Counted from the first letter of the stretch, positions 9,838 through 20,441 are shown. The stretch is DNA of 63,960 nt from an uncultured virus (IMG/VR IMGVR_UViG_3300029985_000693) (IMGVR_UViG_3300029985_000693:62001-125960); one strand, 5' to 3'. The notes: generated from the sequence alone by a model not told the origin. Numbers and translations are program-made.

Positions 9838-12780
9838 TTAGGTCCTTACGACTTCGCAAGCACCACCACCACATGCGACAGAGCCAGAGAAATCGGTATT
9901 GTTGTCCTCTTCTTTTACTTCTCTTAAATCTATTGACTTGACTAAAGAACTTAAAGTATTAAATGTATCTTCCGTGCAATCCTCAAAAGGCATTTGAACA
10001 TAAGAAGAATTGTCGTAAGGAAGTAGGGAGATGCCAGCGTAATGATTACGATTATCCCACATATACTTACATACACCATCCCACTCTTCTTCCTTAACAG
10101 ATACCGTACACGATACGTTGTGTTTATCAACTCCAGACACATGTCCTGCTGCCACCCAATACTTATTGTAAGCAATTGCTCGTTCCAGCAAATCCAGAGC
10201 AGACTCTTTCTCCCTTACAATAGCGTTACTTGGAGACATTTGAGGTATAGTAACTACGGTAGTATTTACCTCATTTTTTGCATCTTCACAAAGATCAGGA
10301 ATAACCATTTGTAAATATTTTGTTAGAGCGTCGTCCTTTACCATCCTGATCCTGCGTAGGTAATAGGGTGAGTGGCGTGCATGGATTCCACTAGAACTAC
10401 CCACAACGCAAGAACTAGAACCCTCCGGCTTGATTGTGGTGGTCCTGGCGGCTGGACGTATACCAATAGCCTTGGCAATAGATTGATTGGTCTCCAACAC
10501 CAGCTTGGCTCCTTCTTCTAGCCATTCATTTGTTACTATTCCATTGGCATCAGCAACTCCTGTTAATGAAACACCAATTAAGGCTTCATAATCTGTAATC
10601 TGCTTCCAAGCTTGACGTAGGTATGGGAAATCAGTATATGAAGCTTGCAATGTTCCAATAATAGAAGCTGCCTTAACCCTATTAAGAAAATCTTGTTTGG
10701 TTTTAATACCAGTTTGATTTACTGAGGTGAGATTGCAAAATTGACCCCCAAAGACTTGACCTACATCGGGTATATTCATTGAAGCATTTAATGATATTTC
10801 ATGGCACTGTCCAATATGAATACCTATGCCAATCGATAGTGAATGACTGCCATCTACAGTACAACAGTAAACTTTTTCATCCACACCATCATCAACTATA
10901 GAGACTATTTGATTATATTTATTTTTCAATGAATAGGTCGTGGTTTTATTAGAAAAAGAAATAAGTCTCTCGAATTTAACCTGTTTGGCCAAACAAATAG
11001 AAGAACTTTGACTGATAGTTAAACGATAAGCGTCTTTAGAATCATACGCTCCATATCCATCGTTAAAGTCTACTTTACATGCTTTTTTGGTTAACTTCAA
11101 CTTACTTCTAACACCAATAGTCTTAAGAAGTGTTTGAAAATCAGAAAGCCACTGCTTGTTTATTGAAGTGATTTGATACATAAATCCATTACGAGTGTCA
11201 CTTGAGGTTCCATCTGAATCCATGACTCCTGCGATAAAATCTAATTTAGACTGAAGATCCCAGACGAATACTTCTTTAGGTAGGGAGTGTTTGTATATAG
11301 TTGCCCAGTTTATAAGATCTTCTCGTCTTGGAGAAAGTCCCCTCATCCTCTTTCTGTTTTCACCAGAAGCAACAAAGTCTAAAGTGGAGACCTCATTATT
11401 TGTTTTGTCAGTATTGATGCAATCCAGCTCATTTGCTGATTTTAACAAGCGATCCTCACATGCATACTTGGTATCATAAAGGTACAAAAGTGGTATAATA
11501 CCATTACTCGCAGATCCGTCTCCAACTAGGAAACCTTTTAAATAGGCGGCTCTGGTTTTAACATTTCCGTTATTTAAAATAACCGATGGCCATAACTTAT
11601 TGCCAACAACTAAATCTTTAGCCTCTAAACGATCGCCGTTTTCCAATATAAAAGAGTGATATGGAGTTGTACGAACAATTGAACCATCTTGTAGTTCAAT
11701 CTTCAACATCTTTTGGTTTTCTCCAGTTACGCGGAAGTTATCAACTGACTGCCATTCGAAACCATTCCAGATATCTACTGTTTTACCTACCAAATCCTCA
11801 ACCGGAAATGTTCCCTGTTTGGTAACAATAAGAGTACCAGCACCAAAACATGGATTAAATCCAGTAACCAACGGATTACCAGACCACGAGAATCCAGGTT
11901 CACCAGAACCTGATTTACGACAAATATCAAATATATGGTAAAACTCATCCTTGGTAACTTCACCTCTAGGAAGGACGGCGCTGTTATTTGCACGGGCGCG
12001 ATATGGGTGTTTCTCCCACCAGTTACCTGATTTAGACTTAAGCATCTCTTCATCGTCACGACTGAATAAACAAATTAACGCGGCGCGTCTAATTCCCCCA
12101 GCAAGAACACAATCAGATCCAATACAAATAATATCGTGTACCTCTATTGGTTTAAGTTTACGACCAACAGCCGCTTTGAGTCTTATTTCAATTTCCTTCA
12201 AGGCATGCTTGAGTGGCTCTGGACCAGGAGCCTTTGCACCCGTAGTGACAAGAGGACTACCTTTTGCGCGAATCATACTAAAATCAAACTGAGGTTTTAC
12301 TTTACGATAAAAGTAAGCATCCATCAAAGCATCAAGGGCCTGAGCCCATCCCTCTATTGAGTCGTGAACTGTAAAATATCCCTCATCCCGAGGAAGTTGG
12401 ATTGTTGGTAGTTTAACTACATGTTCCTTTTGAACACTATATCCCACCCCAGTCCCAGAAAGCAGACAAAATAGAATTTCACCAAAAACTCTAGTATCAT
12501 CTATGGCGGTAAAAGCACAATTAAACAGACGGAGGTTGTTCTTAAGTACACCTTGTCCCCCAAACTGCATCCCTCTCATAGACGTTAAGCACTCTTTGTC
12601 CAAAACAAATTCGAAGGCATTCATTATCTTCTTTGATAGTTTTGGGAACCTGTCCAAATGCATAACCATTGAACGATTAACAGTTTCCTCCCAAGTCTCT
12701 CTACGGGAAAGATGAGATAAATGCTTGGCGTATGTACGAAATGATACTATCTGGGATAGAAGTGCAGATGAATTGTCCAT
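9838..12780 (-). CDS. nrdJ: class II (B12-dependent) ribonucleotide reductase containing an intein
   Basis: FNCA, GTGVG, GGIRRAA, NP|C.EI active site split by intein, TTIKPEG, C-terminal ACGGGACE. Confidence 0.92.
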   Translation of the reverse strand: MDNSSALLSQIVSFRTYAKHLSHLSRRETWEETVNRSMVMHLDRFPKLSKKIMNAFEFVLDKECLTSMRGMQFGGQGVLKNNLRLFNCAFTAIDDTRVFGEILFCLLSGTGVGYSVQKEHVVKLPTIQLPRDEGYFTVHDSIEGWAQALDALMDAYFYRKVKPQFDFSMIRAKGSPLVTTGAKAPGPEPLKHALKEIEIRLKAAVGRKLKPIEVHDIICIGSDCVLAGGIRRAALICLFSRDDEEMLKSKSGNWWEKHPYRARANNSAVLPRGEVTKDEFYHIFDICRKSGSGEPGFSWSGNPLVTGFNPCFGAGTLIVTKQGTFPVEDLVGKTVDIWNGFEWQSVDNFRVTGENQKMLKIELQDGSIVRTTPYHSFILENGDRLEAKDLVVGNKLWPSVILNNGNVKTRAAYLKGFLVGDGSASNGIIPLLYLYDTKYACEDRLLKSANELDCINTDKTNNEVSTLDFVASGENRKRMRGLSPRREDLINWATIYKHSLPKEVFVWDLQSKLDFIAGVMDSDGTSSDTRNGFMYQITSINKQWLSDFQTLLKTIGVRSKLKLTKKACKVDFNDGYGAYDSKDAYRLTISQSSSICLAKQVKFERLISFSNKTTTYSLKNKYNQIVSIVDDGVDEKVYCCTVDGSHSLSIGIGIHIGQCHEISLNASMNIPDVGQVFGGQFCNLTSVNQTGIKTKQDFLNRVKAASIIGTLQASYTDFPYLRQAWKQITDYEALIGVSLTGVADANGIVTNEWLEEGAKLVLETNQSIAKAIGIRPAARTTTIKPEGSSSCVVGSSSGIHARHSPYYLRRIRMVKDDALTKYLQMVIPDLCEDAKNEVNTTVVTIPQMSPSNAIVREKESALDLLERAIAYNKYWVAAGHVSGVDKHNVSCTVSVKEEEWDGVCKYMWDNRNHYAGISLLPYDNSSYVQMPFEDCTEDTFNTLSSLVKSIDLREVKEEDNNTDFSGSVACGGGACEVVRT
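10807..11850 (-). mobile_element. intein (348 aa) with LAGLIDADG homing endonuclease
   Basis: Starts CFGAGTLI; TPYH block B; LKGFLVGDG and FIAGVMDSDG; VYCCTV; ends HIGQ before Cys+1. Confidence 0.92.
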
Positions 12781-12794
12781 TTTTTCCTTGTAAT

Positions 12795-12870
12795 TGGCAG
12801 AGGGGGTTGGGATCGAACCAACTATTTACGCTTTTGGAGAGCGTCGTCTTACCGTTAAGACTTCCCCTCT
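12795..12870 (-). tRNA. tRNA-Trp (CCA)
   Basis: AGAGGGG/CCCCTCT acceptor stem, CT-CCA-AA loop, GTTCGATC T-loop, encoded CCA, 76 nt. Confidence 0.93.
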
Positions 12871-12891
12871 ATTTGTGAGTGAGTTTAGATA

Positions 12892-12920
12892 ACATTATCA
12901 CTTCGAAGAGAGTCAGTCAA
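12892..12920 (-). promoter_or_regulatory. sigma70-type promoter for tRNA-Trp/nrdJ
   Basis: TTGACT-N17-TAATGT. Confidence 0.6.
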
Positions 12921-12924
12921 GCCA

Positions 12925-13545
12925 TTATTTTCCTTGATTTATTTTAGCACCTTTTAGATAAGAAAGGGCTTGAAGGATCGCATCTGCTTCGTCATCCTGA
13001 GTACGACCCAAAGTTACACCAAATATCTTAAAAACTAAATCGACAGCAAGATGTTTCTTTGTAATCTTACCAGTAATACCTAGTTTCTTTTTATCTAAAG
13101 GCTTCCCATCTCTTTTTGCTTGGGATTTAGCCCTGGAAAGAGTTTGGTTTTGCTTACGTTGCTCTTTCGTTAGGGAAAGTCCGACCACTTTACGCCATTC
13201 GCTTGTGTCAATATATTGGACTTTATCTATAATATCCACATCCCAAAGAGCGTACAACACAGAGTAATGGATGAAAGCGAGCAAAGTCTGAGAGTGTCTG
13301 TTCATCCCTCGGTTTAATTGCTCGATTACTATAATATCTGGATTACAGTCCGTAACTTTATCAAATATATCTGTAGCTAAATCAAATACCCTCACGATGT
13401 TGTTTTTAGGATATTTTAATGTTTTATCTAGTTCCGGGGCTTCTATACGACCATAATCAAGCAACTTAGGCCCTACTGGAGTATCTTCCAGTAAGGCCCA
13501 ACCTGCGCTAAGTGACAAATCTAAAGAAAGTACCTTAGTCCCCAT
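12925..13545 (-). CDS. RuvC-like Holliday junction resolvase
   Basis: VLSLDLSLSAGWA, IVIEQ, DDEADAI acidic RNase H motifs. Confidence 0.85.
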   Translation of the reverse strand: MGTKVLSLDLSLSAGWALLEDTPVGPKLLDYGRIEAPELDKTLKYPKNNIVRVFDLATDIFDKVTDCNPDIIVIEQLNRGMNRHSQTLLAFIHYSVLYALWDVDIIDKVQYIDTSEWRKVVGLSLTKEQRKQNQTLSRAKSQAKRDGKPLDKKKLGITGKITKKHLAVDLVFKIFGVTLGRTQDDEADAILQALSYLKGAKINQGK

Positions 13546-13547
13546 TT

Positions 13548-13961
13548 TTATCCGAATTTAGATTCTACTATATAATTAATTTTTTCCTTTATTTCTTTAA
13601 TGGAATCGGTATAGGGACCTTTTAGATTTGAAAGGTCGGCTTCTGCATCGGCAAGAGCAACGTCGTTTGACATGGCATCTTGGTTGCTCCATTCCTCGCC
13701 TAGAATCTCCATCAGTTTGTCGGCCTTATTGTCATTACGAGCCTTCTGAGCAGCTAGTTTGTTTTGTTTGGTGACAAGCTTGTAAGGTCCAAATAGACGT
13801 TCTACCTCTAGACTGGCAGCTTGTAGTTCACAATCATTACGCATAGCGTCATGAACGCTGTTTAGTTCGATATAGAGACTAATGAGTTTCTTTTGCTTTT
13901 CAGCATCAGGCATTGAGTCTATGATTGTTTGAAACTCTTGGGATAGTTCAACTTTGGCCAT
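13548..13961 (-). CDS. hypothetical protein
   Basis: 137 aa with internal repeat (AM.ND..L..A......L.GPY). Confidence 0.65.
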   Translation of the reverse strand: MAKVELSQEFQTIIDSMPDAEKQKKLISLYIELNSVHDAMRNDCELQAASLEVERLFGPYKLVTKQNKLAAQKARNDNKADKLMEILGEEWSNQDAMSNDVALADAEADLSNLKGPYTDSIKEIKEKINYIVESKFG

Positions 13962-13973
13962 TTTTAATACCTT

Positions 13974-14522
13974 TTAATTAAGGGTTACTTTTGAATCGTG
14001 GACGTTTTGGAAAAGTACTTCTAATTCTTTGATTTTACCATTAGTAAAAGCACACTTGGTGATACACAGCTTATGAGGGATGGTGTCATCTAAAGATGGG
14101 TCTTTTTCGGACTCTAGTTCAGATATTGATTTTAGCAATTTGTCCTTCAAAACAGACAGATTTGTAATCTTGTCTTGACAAATGGTGTAATCAATAGCCT
14201 CTAGCTTTATCTCGTTACTAATGATCTTGTCCGAAACATAGTCACGAGCTGACTTGGCGTCTTGTTCTGTTTCAAACACCCTCATTATACAAATATTCAA
14301 ATAAGAACCATCTGGTTTTTCTAAAGGAAGAAGCTCCACCATAGGTAGTTCGGAATAGCCCTTTTCGGGCTCATCTCCCTCCTTGTAAACTAAACCGACA
14401 TACCAAAAATCATCTGGATGGCCAATTACTAGATTTTCATTATCCAATTTTACTTTTCCCACTTTCGTTATATACGGTAATTGTTTGGTTGAAACGATCT
14501 TGATATTCTGAATCGTGCTCAA
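13974..14522 (-). CDS. hypothetical protein (true start probably near 14447)
   Basis: ORF overlapping the Rad50 3' end. Confidence 0.55.
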   Translation of the reverse strand: MSTIQNIKIVSTKQLPYITKVGKVKLDNENLVIGHPDDFWYVGLVYKEGDEPEKGYSELPMVELLPLEKPDGSYLNICIMRVFETEQDAKSARDYVSDKIISNEIKLEAIDYTICQDKITNLSVLKDKLLKSISELESEKDPSLDDTIPHKLCITKCAFTNGKIKELEVLFQNVHDSKVTLN

Positions 14523-16554
14523 TCAGTAAAAGCAACGTATCATGCGCAACAGTGACTGTCAAGAGTTCAATCAGAGCATCTTTTTCGGCCCTTCCTAGGC
14601 CAGTAAACACCTCATCCAGAACGATCCAGTTGAATTTGATGCCAACCCTTCGAGCGATTACCTCCCTAACGGCTAGGTCTGAAACCAACTCTATTACAGA
14701 TGATTGACCTCCAGAAAGTTCATTAAATGGTATTTTAACGCCTTGTAGGTCTACGATAGGGGTGATGGTCTTGCGTACTTTTCCTGTTTTGGCCACCTTA
14801 TCCCCAAAACTGAAGTTTATATTAGATGTGTTTGGAACTTTTCCCAATAGGTTGTTGATTTCCATGGAGATTTCTTCTAATATTTGCTCAAAATAATAAG
14901 CAGGGAAACCATCCTTATGAACTATGGATAAAACGTCCTTTTCTATCTTGAGTATATTCTCTAATTGGTATTTTTCGTGGATTACGGATTGTATTTTGGC
15001 TTCCAATTCATTTACTGTAGCTAGTACACCTTGGATACGAGCCTTTTCTTTATCCAAAGAAAGGTTTTCGTATTGAAGGGTCCGCAAAAGCGACTCTTGT
15101 ACCTTATATTGTTCTAATATACCATTTAATTGAACACCAAGAACCTTAGTTTCCTTGTCTTTTTGGACGGTAATCTCTTTTTGTTCAGCTAGGTATTTTT
15201 CTTGAGCCAAGATAATATCATCATCAAACTTTTTAATTATGTTCTGTTTAATGATTTCAAATAAACTTCTATTCTCATTACGAGAAATCGTCCATTCATC
15301 TGTTTTCTTGGTAAGATCTAGTAATTCTTGTTCTAATTGGTATTTAGAGGGAGATAAATGTTCTAGTTGGTGTTTTTTTAACCTATTTAAATCATCTAAT
15401 TGGGTATTTAATTTGTTTTTAAGATTATTTTGATTTAACTTTAGGTTTTCTATTTTTATATTAATTGATTGTTTTTGTAAATCTGTAATGGGTTGTCCGC
15501 AGGCACCACAATTAACATCTGACTCCAGGTCTATAATTGTTAATTCTATATTTTTAATGTCTTTTTTGGTAGAATCAATCTCGTAGGAAATCTTATTTAT
15601 CATCAAATTAGAATTTTCAATAGACTTGGATGTCTTTTGAATCTCATCATTAATAGTCTTACTGTTAAAATCTATATTTTTGTATTGTACATCTAATTCA
15701 TCTAGTTTTTGTTGTAAATTAATTAATTCAATAGATTCTTCTAATTGTTTCTTCTTGTTTTCAGATGAATTTTTGATAATCTCTCTGGATATATTGGCCA
15801 CCTGAGACGCACGGTGGGTGTACATCTCGTCCACATCCCTCATTTTAGCTAAAAACAAATCTTTCTCTATATTTAACATGTCTATTTGAGATACCAGCGT
15901 TGACATGTTATGTTCATTTTCTTCTATCTTTGAGTCTATATCCAGTATAGTCTTAGGATCTAGATTGTTAACCTTACGCAACATGTCAATTTGACCATTA
16001 AGATTATTAATCTGATTTTCTTTAACAAGTATTTGATTCTCTAACGATTTAATCGTATTAGAAGAAGTATCTGAGGCAGTATCAAAACTATTAATACCTA
16101 AAATCTCTGAAAGGAAGGTCTTTTTCTCTTCATCAGACAAACTCAAAAACATACCATTGGTACGTTGTGTACGGTAGGTAAGGTATTTAATGAGATTAGT
16201 GTTTATACCAAAGATTTGGGATAGCTTATCCTTCTTTTGAGCTACAGTACCATGAACGGTACCCTCAAAAAACAATTCGGGGGTAGAGCCCCTGGTAGAA
16301 ACAAGGGGAGAACCGTTCAATTCTAATTCTACGGAGCTATACCAAACGTCTGGGTCTATGTTGGATTTAAGGACTGTAGCCGATTTAGAACAATAATCCA
16401 ACGAAAAAGCAAGTCCGTGGGTTAGATTGGACTTACCTACACCCGAAGAACCCTTAATATGAAGAATGCCATTTTCTGGAAACTTTATGGTGGTCTTGTC
16501 GTAAAATGACCTAAAACCATACATTTCCAGTGATTTTAGTTTGGCTAGTTTCAT
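14440..16554 (-). CDS. Rad50/SbcC-like ATPase (gp46-like)
   Basis: Walker A GSSGVGKS, coiled coils, zinc hook CGAC, LSGGQ, IVLDE. Confidence 0.92.
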   Translation of the reverse strand: MKLAKLKSLEMYGFRSFYDKTTIKFPENGILHIKGSSGVGKSNLTHGLAFSLDYCSKSATVLKSNIDPDVWYSSVELELNGSPLVSTRGSTPELFFEGTVHGTVAQKKDKLSQIFGINTNLIKYLTYRTQRTNGMFLSLSDEEKKTFLSEILGINSFDTASDTSSNTIKSLENQILVKENQINNLNGQIDMLRKVNNLDPKTILDIDSKIEENEHNMSTLVSQIDMLNIEKDLFLAKMRDVDEMYTHRASQVANISREIIKNSSENKKKQLEESIELINLQQKLDELDVQYKNIDFNSKTINDEIQKTSKSIENSNLMINKISYEIDSTKKDIKNIELTIIDLESDVNCGACGQPITDLQKQSINIKIENLKLNQNNLKNKLNTQLDDLNRLKKHQLEHLSPSKYQLEQELLDLTKKTDEWTISRNENRSLFEIIKQNIIKKFDDDIILAQEKYLAEQKEITVQKDKETKVLGVQLNGILEQYKVQESLLRTLQYENLSLDKEKARIQGVLATVNELEAKIQSVIHEKYQLENILKIEKDVLSIVHKDGFPAYYFEQILEEISMEINNLLGKVPNTSNINFSFGDKVAKTGKVRKTITPIVDLQGVKIPFNELSGGQSSVIELVSDLAVREVIARRVGIKFNWIVLDEVFTGLGRAEKDALIELLTVTVAHDTLLLLIEHDSEYQDRFNQTITVYNESGKSKIG

Positions 16555-16824
16555 TTACTCTTTAACCCCAGATCTATAGAAATCAGCATTTTCTATAGCG
16601 TCCTGCCTTGAACGCTCTTTTACTATTTCCTCAGCATCAACTAGACGCTCTATAGACCTTACCATTAAACCGTTATCTAATACCTCTTTAGTAGAAGTAG
16701 TCAAGGGCTTGGGATCCCTTAATAGCAACTCACCGCAAAGTTTGCACAATACGGGGATTTCTTGAGGCAGTAAACGCCTGGAACTCTTTTGGCATTTAAC
16801 GCACTGAAAATGATAAATAGGCAT
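16555..16824 (-). CDS. FmdB-family zinc-ribbon protein
   Basis: MPIYHFQCVKC...CKLCG. Confidence 0.75.
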   Translation of the reverse strand: MPIYHFQCVKCQKSSRRLLPQEIPVLCKLCGELLLRDPKPLTTSTKEVLDNGLMVRSIERLVDAEEIVKERSRQDAIENADFYRSGVKE

Positions 16825-18624
16825 TTAATCTTCTAAGGAAGTATTAGAAGACCGCTCGAACGACAAAGCTTCCCTAGCCTCTTGGCGCTCTAGTTCTGCA
16901 TCCCGATGATAAACTACACATCCCCCTAGGGTGCCTAACTGGCTGGCAATTGATAAACTATTACGAACAGCCTCAAGCACAGCGGGAGTTGAATCAAGAA
17001 GACCAGCATCCTTAGCGTTTACCCATTCGTTAGCCATGCAATCATAAATACTGGCTGTTTTGCTTGTCTGATTGGAAGCATTACCAGTAAGAGTACGAAT
17101 GTTAGCATCTACCTCTTCGTTATTTAGACCAATATTTGAATAAAGCCTACGAATAGGTTCTAGAAGGCTGGGAACCAGGATTTTATTAACTATATCCTTG
17201 TCTTGGTCATTTAGGTCTTTGATTTTAGGTAACTCAGTAGTGATTTTAGCTAAGGTCCAACCACCCGCAGGAAGGCAACCATGAGAAAGAGCGCCCTGTA
17301 CGGCCCTTACCGCATCTTCAGCCCTATCCTTCTTTTCACGGATCTCTCCACTAGAAGAACCGGACACAATTAGACGAGCTATACCCCCTGTTATCTTGCC
17401 AATACGCTCCTCTATGATTGATTTGTCTAATTGAGACGAGGCTGACTTTGCTTGGGTTTTTAGTACATCCACCCTAGCTAAAACTAGCTCCTCATCACAC
17501 TTACCAATAATAGTAGACTTGTTGCGATACATTTCAAACATAGAAACGTCGCCTCCACCAAAGATACATTCATCGAATTCTTCTATTTCTTGTTCTGGAA
17601 GCAATCCAGGTAGTGGTTCAGAAATAGGATTAAATACAACCGCTCCGGTAATTGCAGATAGGTCTTCCAGGAAATCTAATTGACCATTAGGCATTTGGCT
17701 TAGGGGAGCCACAACCGGTACGATCTTAAGACCGTTAGGAGCCTTGAAATTGGTAGCTAGGTTAGCTATTACGTTTTCAGAAAAACCAGTGGCAACCATC
17801 ACTACGTTTGGTGATTTATTGTGTATTTGCCATTTATGTTCAAGTATTTGAGCCAGACCAACAATTGACTGGATATCGTTAATTACACCAAAATACAGTA
17901 CGAAAAAGGGACGTTCTAGCAAAACACGTTGATTTGTAGAGTCGTTTATGTATTCATGATAGAATTTACCCATTGTATCCTCATAGCCACGAGGAATGGG
18001 AAATCCTTCTATTTTTTCTACTTTATACTCTGATTCACCGGAGATCTCAGAAATGGTCACATTACCATCGTCTCCTACAAGCTCGAAACACTTAATAACA
18101 GCATCGGCTAATTCTGAATCACCGTTAGCAGAAACCTTAGCAATGGAGTATTGGGTATCCTTGGCTACCTTGAAGGCTTGTTTCCTGACCAATGGTTCGA
18201 TAGAGGTCTTAAATAGCCTCTCTAGGGTCCTAACAGCCTTCTGGGGACTGACCTTTGGGTTTTTGATACAGAACTCTTGTACGTTACGAACGATGCTCTC
18301 AGAGAGGATGGCGCAGGTAGTTGTACCATCACCAGCGTCATGCGCGGTTTTGGCAGCACCATCTCTAGCCGCTTCCATAATAGCATGCTGGGTGGGATTT
18401 GAGAATCCAAGGCTTTTAAAGACAGTAACACCGTCTTTTGTTATAATGTTGGGCATGCCAATTTCTTGACGCTCAATAATTACGACCTTACCGCCAGGAC
18501 CAAGGGTTGAACCTACTATTTCAGAAATAGTAGCCATGGTATTTAATACCATTTGGTTCAAACCGTTGCGTACAGTTGTAACAGACTTAGGGGGAGACTT
18601 TACTTTAGAATATTGGGTAGCCAT
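16825..18624 (-). CDS. groEL: GroEL-like chaperonin
   Basis: TLGPGG, ITKDGVTV, AGDGTTT, EKKDRAEDA. Confidence 0.93.
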   Translation of the reverse strand: MATQYSKVKSPPKSVTTVRNGLNQMVLNTMATISEIVGSTLGPGGKVVIIERQEIGMPNIITKDGVTVFKSLGFSNPTQHAIMEAARDGAAKTAHDAGDGTTTCAILSESIVRNVQEFCIKNPKVSPQKAVRTLERLFKTSIEPLVRKQAFKVAKDTQYSIAKVSANGDSELADAVIKCFELVGDDGNVTISEISGESEYKVEKIEGFPIPRGYEDTMGKFYHEYINDSTNQRVLLERPFFVLYFGVINDIQSIVGLAQILEHKWQIHNKSPNVVMVATGFSENVIANLATNFKAPNGLKIVPVVAPLSQMPNGQLDFLEDLSAITGAVVFNPISEPLPGLLPEQEIEEFDECIFGGGDVSMFEMYRNKSTIIGKCDEELVLARVDVLKTQAKSASSQLDKSIIEERIGKITGGIARLIVSGSSSGEIREKKDRAEDAVRAVQGALSHGCLPAGGWTLAKITTELPKIKDLNDQDKDIVNKILVPSLLEPIRRLYSNIGLNNEEVDANIRTLTGNASNQTSKTASIYDCMANEWVNAKDAGLLDSTPAVLEAVRNSLSIASQLGTLGGCVVYHRDAELERQEAREALSFERSSNTSLED

Positions 18625-18635
18625 TATTAAAAGGA

Positions 18636-18664
18636 ATTATAATACTAAAATACTACAATGTCAA
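18636..18664 (-). promoter_or_regulatory. perfect sigma70 promoter of groEL operon
   Basis: TTGACA-N17-TATAAT, 11 nt from ATG. Confidence 0.85.
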
Positions 18665-18680
18665 CATTAAAATACTACCG

Positions 18681-18866
18681 CTACCGCTTACCACTGAAGC
18701 GTTTTATTCTATTAATTAATGTTAGCAAATCTCCAGGGTATCTGTAATCACCATAATCAAAAGCTAAAAAGTTATACTCATAGTTAACTTCATATAAATA
18801 ATCGTGAATATCTTTGGCTTCTTTTGGAGTTCTGGTTAAATAAGGTTCTTTTGGTTTAATTGGCAT
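18681..18866 (-). CDS. hypothetical protein
   Basis: 61 aa, abuts AAA gene stop. Confidence 0.45.
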   Translation of the reverse strand: MPIKPKEPYLTRTPKEAKDIHDYLYEVNYEYNFLAFDYGDYRYPGDLLTLINRIKRFSGKR

Positions 18867-19802
18867 TTAAAAAATATCCTTACTGAATCCTACCTTGGAA
18901 TCGGTTGATTCTGACTTTGGTTTGTTCTTCAATGCTTTTATACGGGCTGCTACTTCGTGGAGTTCCCCACCCATACATTTAACAGAAACTACCAATTCCT
19001 TAATATGACCAAGACTAAAACCTTTAGTTAAACCAAGCCACTCTTGGTATTGTTCTTCTGTTAATTCATCTGTTAGCTTATACTTTAGGTATTGTAACTT
19101 TACATCATCATCTGGCAAGCCAAACTCAAGTCTCCTATCGAAACGGGAGGGACGGTCGGTGAGTCTACCATCTAACTTTTCTGGGTAATTTGTGGTAGCT
19201 ATATTGACGGTATTGGCAACAGAAAATTGACCATCCAAAATAGCCAAAAGGTCTGCTTCGTTACCCTTTTCAATCATTGCGTCTATATCTTCCAAAAGCA
19301 CCAATAAGGGGGTATCTTTGTTAACCTTACGTATATCCTGTAGGGCGTTTTTAAGATACCAAGCGTTATCAGCCATGAGAACGATTCCTCCGTTGCGGAA
19401 GAACTCTCTGGCTATTAAAGCAGTTATACTACTTTTACCACAACCAGGGGGACCATGTAAAAGATACCCACGTTTATGACTAAATCCATATTTAAGGTAA
19501 ACTTCTTTTTTGGTGAAAAACTCCTGTATTTCTTGTAATATAATATTTACAGGTCCCTTTTCGGATACTATTAAATCATCCGTAGAAATCTTTATACTAC
19601 GTAAGGAAACATTTGATAACCCATCTCCATCTACCGCTACGTAGTAACCAGGAGGAAGGGTTTCTTGTATACCCAAGGTACTACCCATCTCCATCCATTT
19701 TTCCAATGGACGCATTTTGGATTTATCCGGAACGGTTGACACCGATATGGTATCGTTGCCAAGGTAAATATACTTCGGTTCTTTTTTAGGGTTATCAGTC
19801 AT
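18867..19802 (-). CDS. AAA+ ATPase (BCS1-like)
   Basis: GPPGCGKS, LLEDID, TTN, RPSRFDR. Confidence 0.9.
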   Translation of the reverse strand: MTDNPKKEPKYIYLGNDTISVSTVPDKSKMRPLEKWMEMGSTLGIQETLPPGYYVAVDGDGLSNVSLRSIKISTDDLIVSEKGPVNIILQEIQEFFTKKEVYLKYGFSHKRGYLLHGPPGCGKSSITALIAREFFRNGGIVLMADNAWYLKNALQDIRKVNKDTPLLVLLEDIDAMIEKGNEADLLAILDGQFSVANTVNIATTNYPEKLDGRLTDRPSRFDRRLEFGLPDDDVKLQYLKYKLTDELTEEQYQEWLGLTKGFSLGHIKELVVSVKCMGGELHEVAARIKALKNKPKSESTDSKVGFSKDIF

Positions 19803-19821
19803 TTTTTACCTATTTTAAATT

Positions 19822-19897
19822 TGGCTGTGGAGGATGGGGTTGAACCATCGACATTCGGATTAACAGTCCGACGCTCTGCCAACTGAGCTACTCCACA
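19822..19897 (-). tRNA. tRNA-Asn (GTT)
   Basis: TGTGGAG/CTCCACA acceptor, CT-GTT-AA loop, GGTTCAACCC T arm, encoded CCA. Confidence 0.93.
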
Positions 19898-19910
19898 TTT
19901 TCTATAAAGA

Positions 19911-19940
19911 ACCTTAACATAGGTATCCTTGCGTTGTCAA
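19911..19940 (-). promoter_or_regulatory. sigma70-type promoter for tRNA-Asn
   Basis: TTGACA-N18-TAAGGT. Confidence 0.55.
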
Positions 19941-20343
19941 TCATTAAAAGTTACTTTACATTACAACCGTTACGTATTTAGCTTTATCTCCCTTTCTTTA
20001 CGTTAAGCAAATTCTATTGGGTTCCTTAGCAAGATAGGGTTTCTACGTTTACCGGTGTTTGGGTATTTACAGAGTTTAGGGCAGCTTATTCAGCTTTAAT
20101 TGGCATTTACGGGGATTTACTGTTGTCTAATAGTATAGACATAGCTATTCATTGATTTATCTTATTTGCTTTGGGTTGATAATTTTATTAGGTAAGGTTT
20201 CTTTAGAATCTATTTAGTTTAATTATCTTCTAAAGGGATCTATTTAGAACCAGGGGTTGCTTTTCTTATCTAATTAAGGTAAGGTTGTTTTTAACTTTTT
20301 CGAAGGTAACCGTTACGTTTGTTACCAAAGATGGAGAAGCCCT

Positions 20344-20371
20344 ATTATACTGGTTTCAAAAAACGTGTCAA
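20344..20371 (-). promoter_or_regulatory. sigma70-type promoter facing a 400-nt ORF-free region
   Basis: TTGACA-N16-TATAAT. Confidence 0.7.
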
Positions 20372-20441
20372 GACAATTCTTTAGTAACGGTACTTTTTGT
20401 TGTAAGTGCCCAAGGTTCCTACCGAAAAGTTACTTTTCTTC

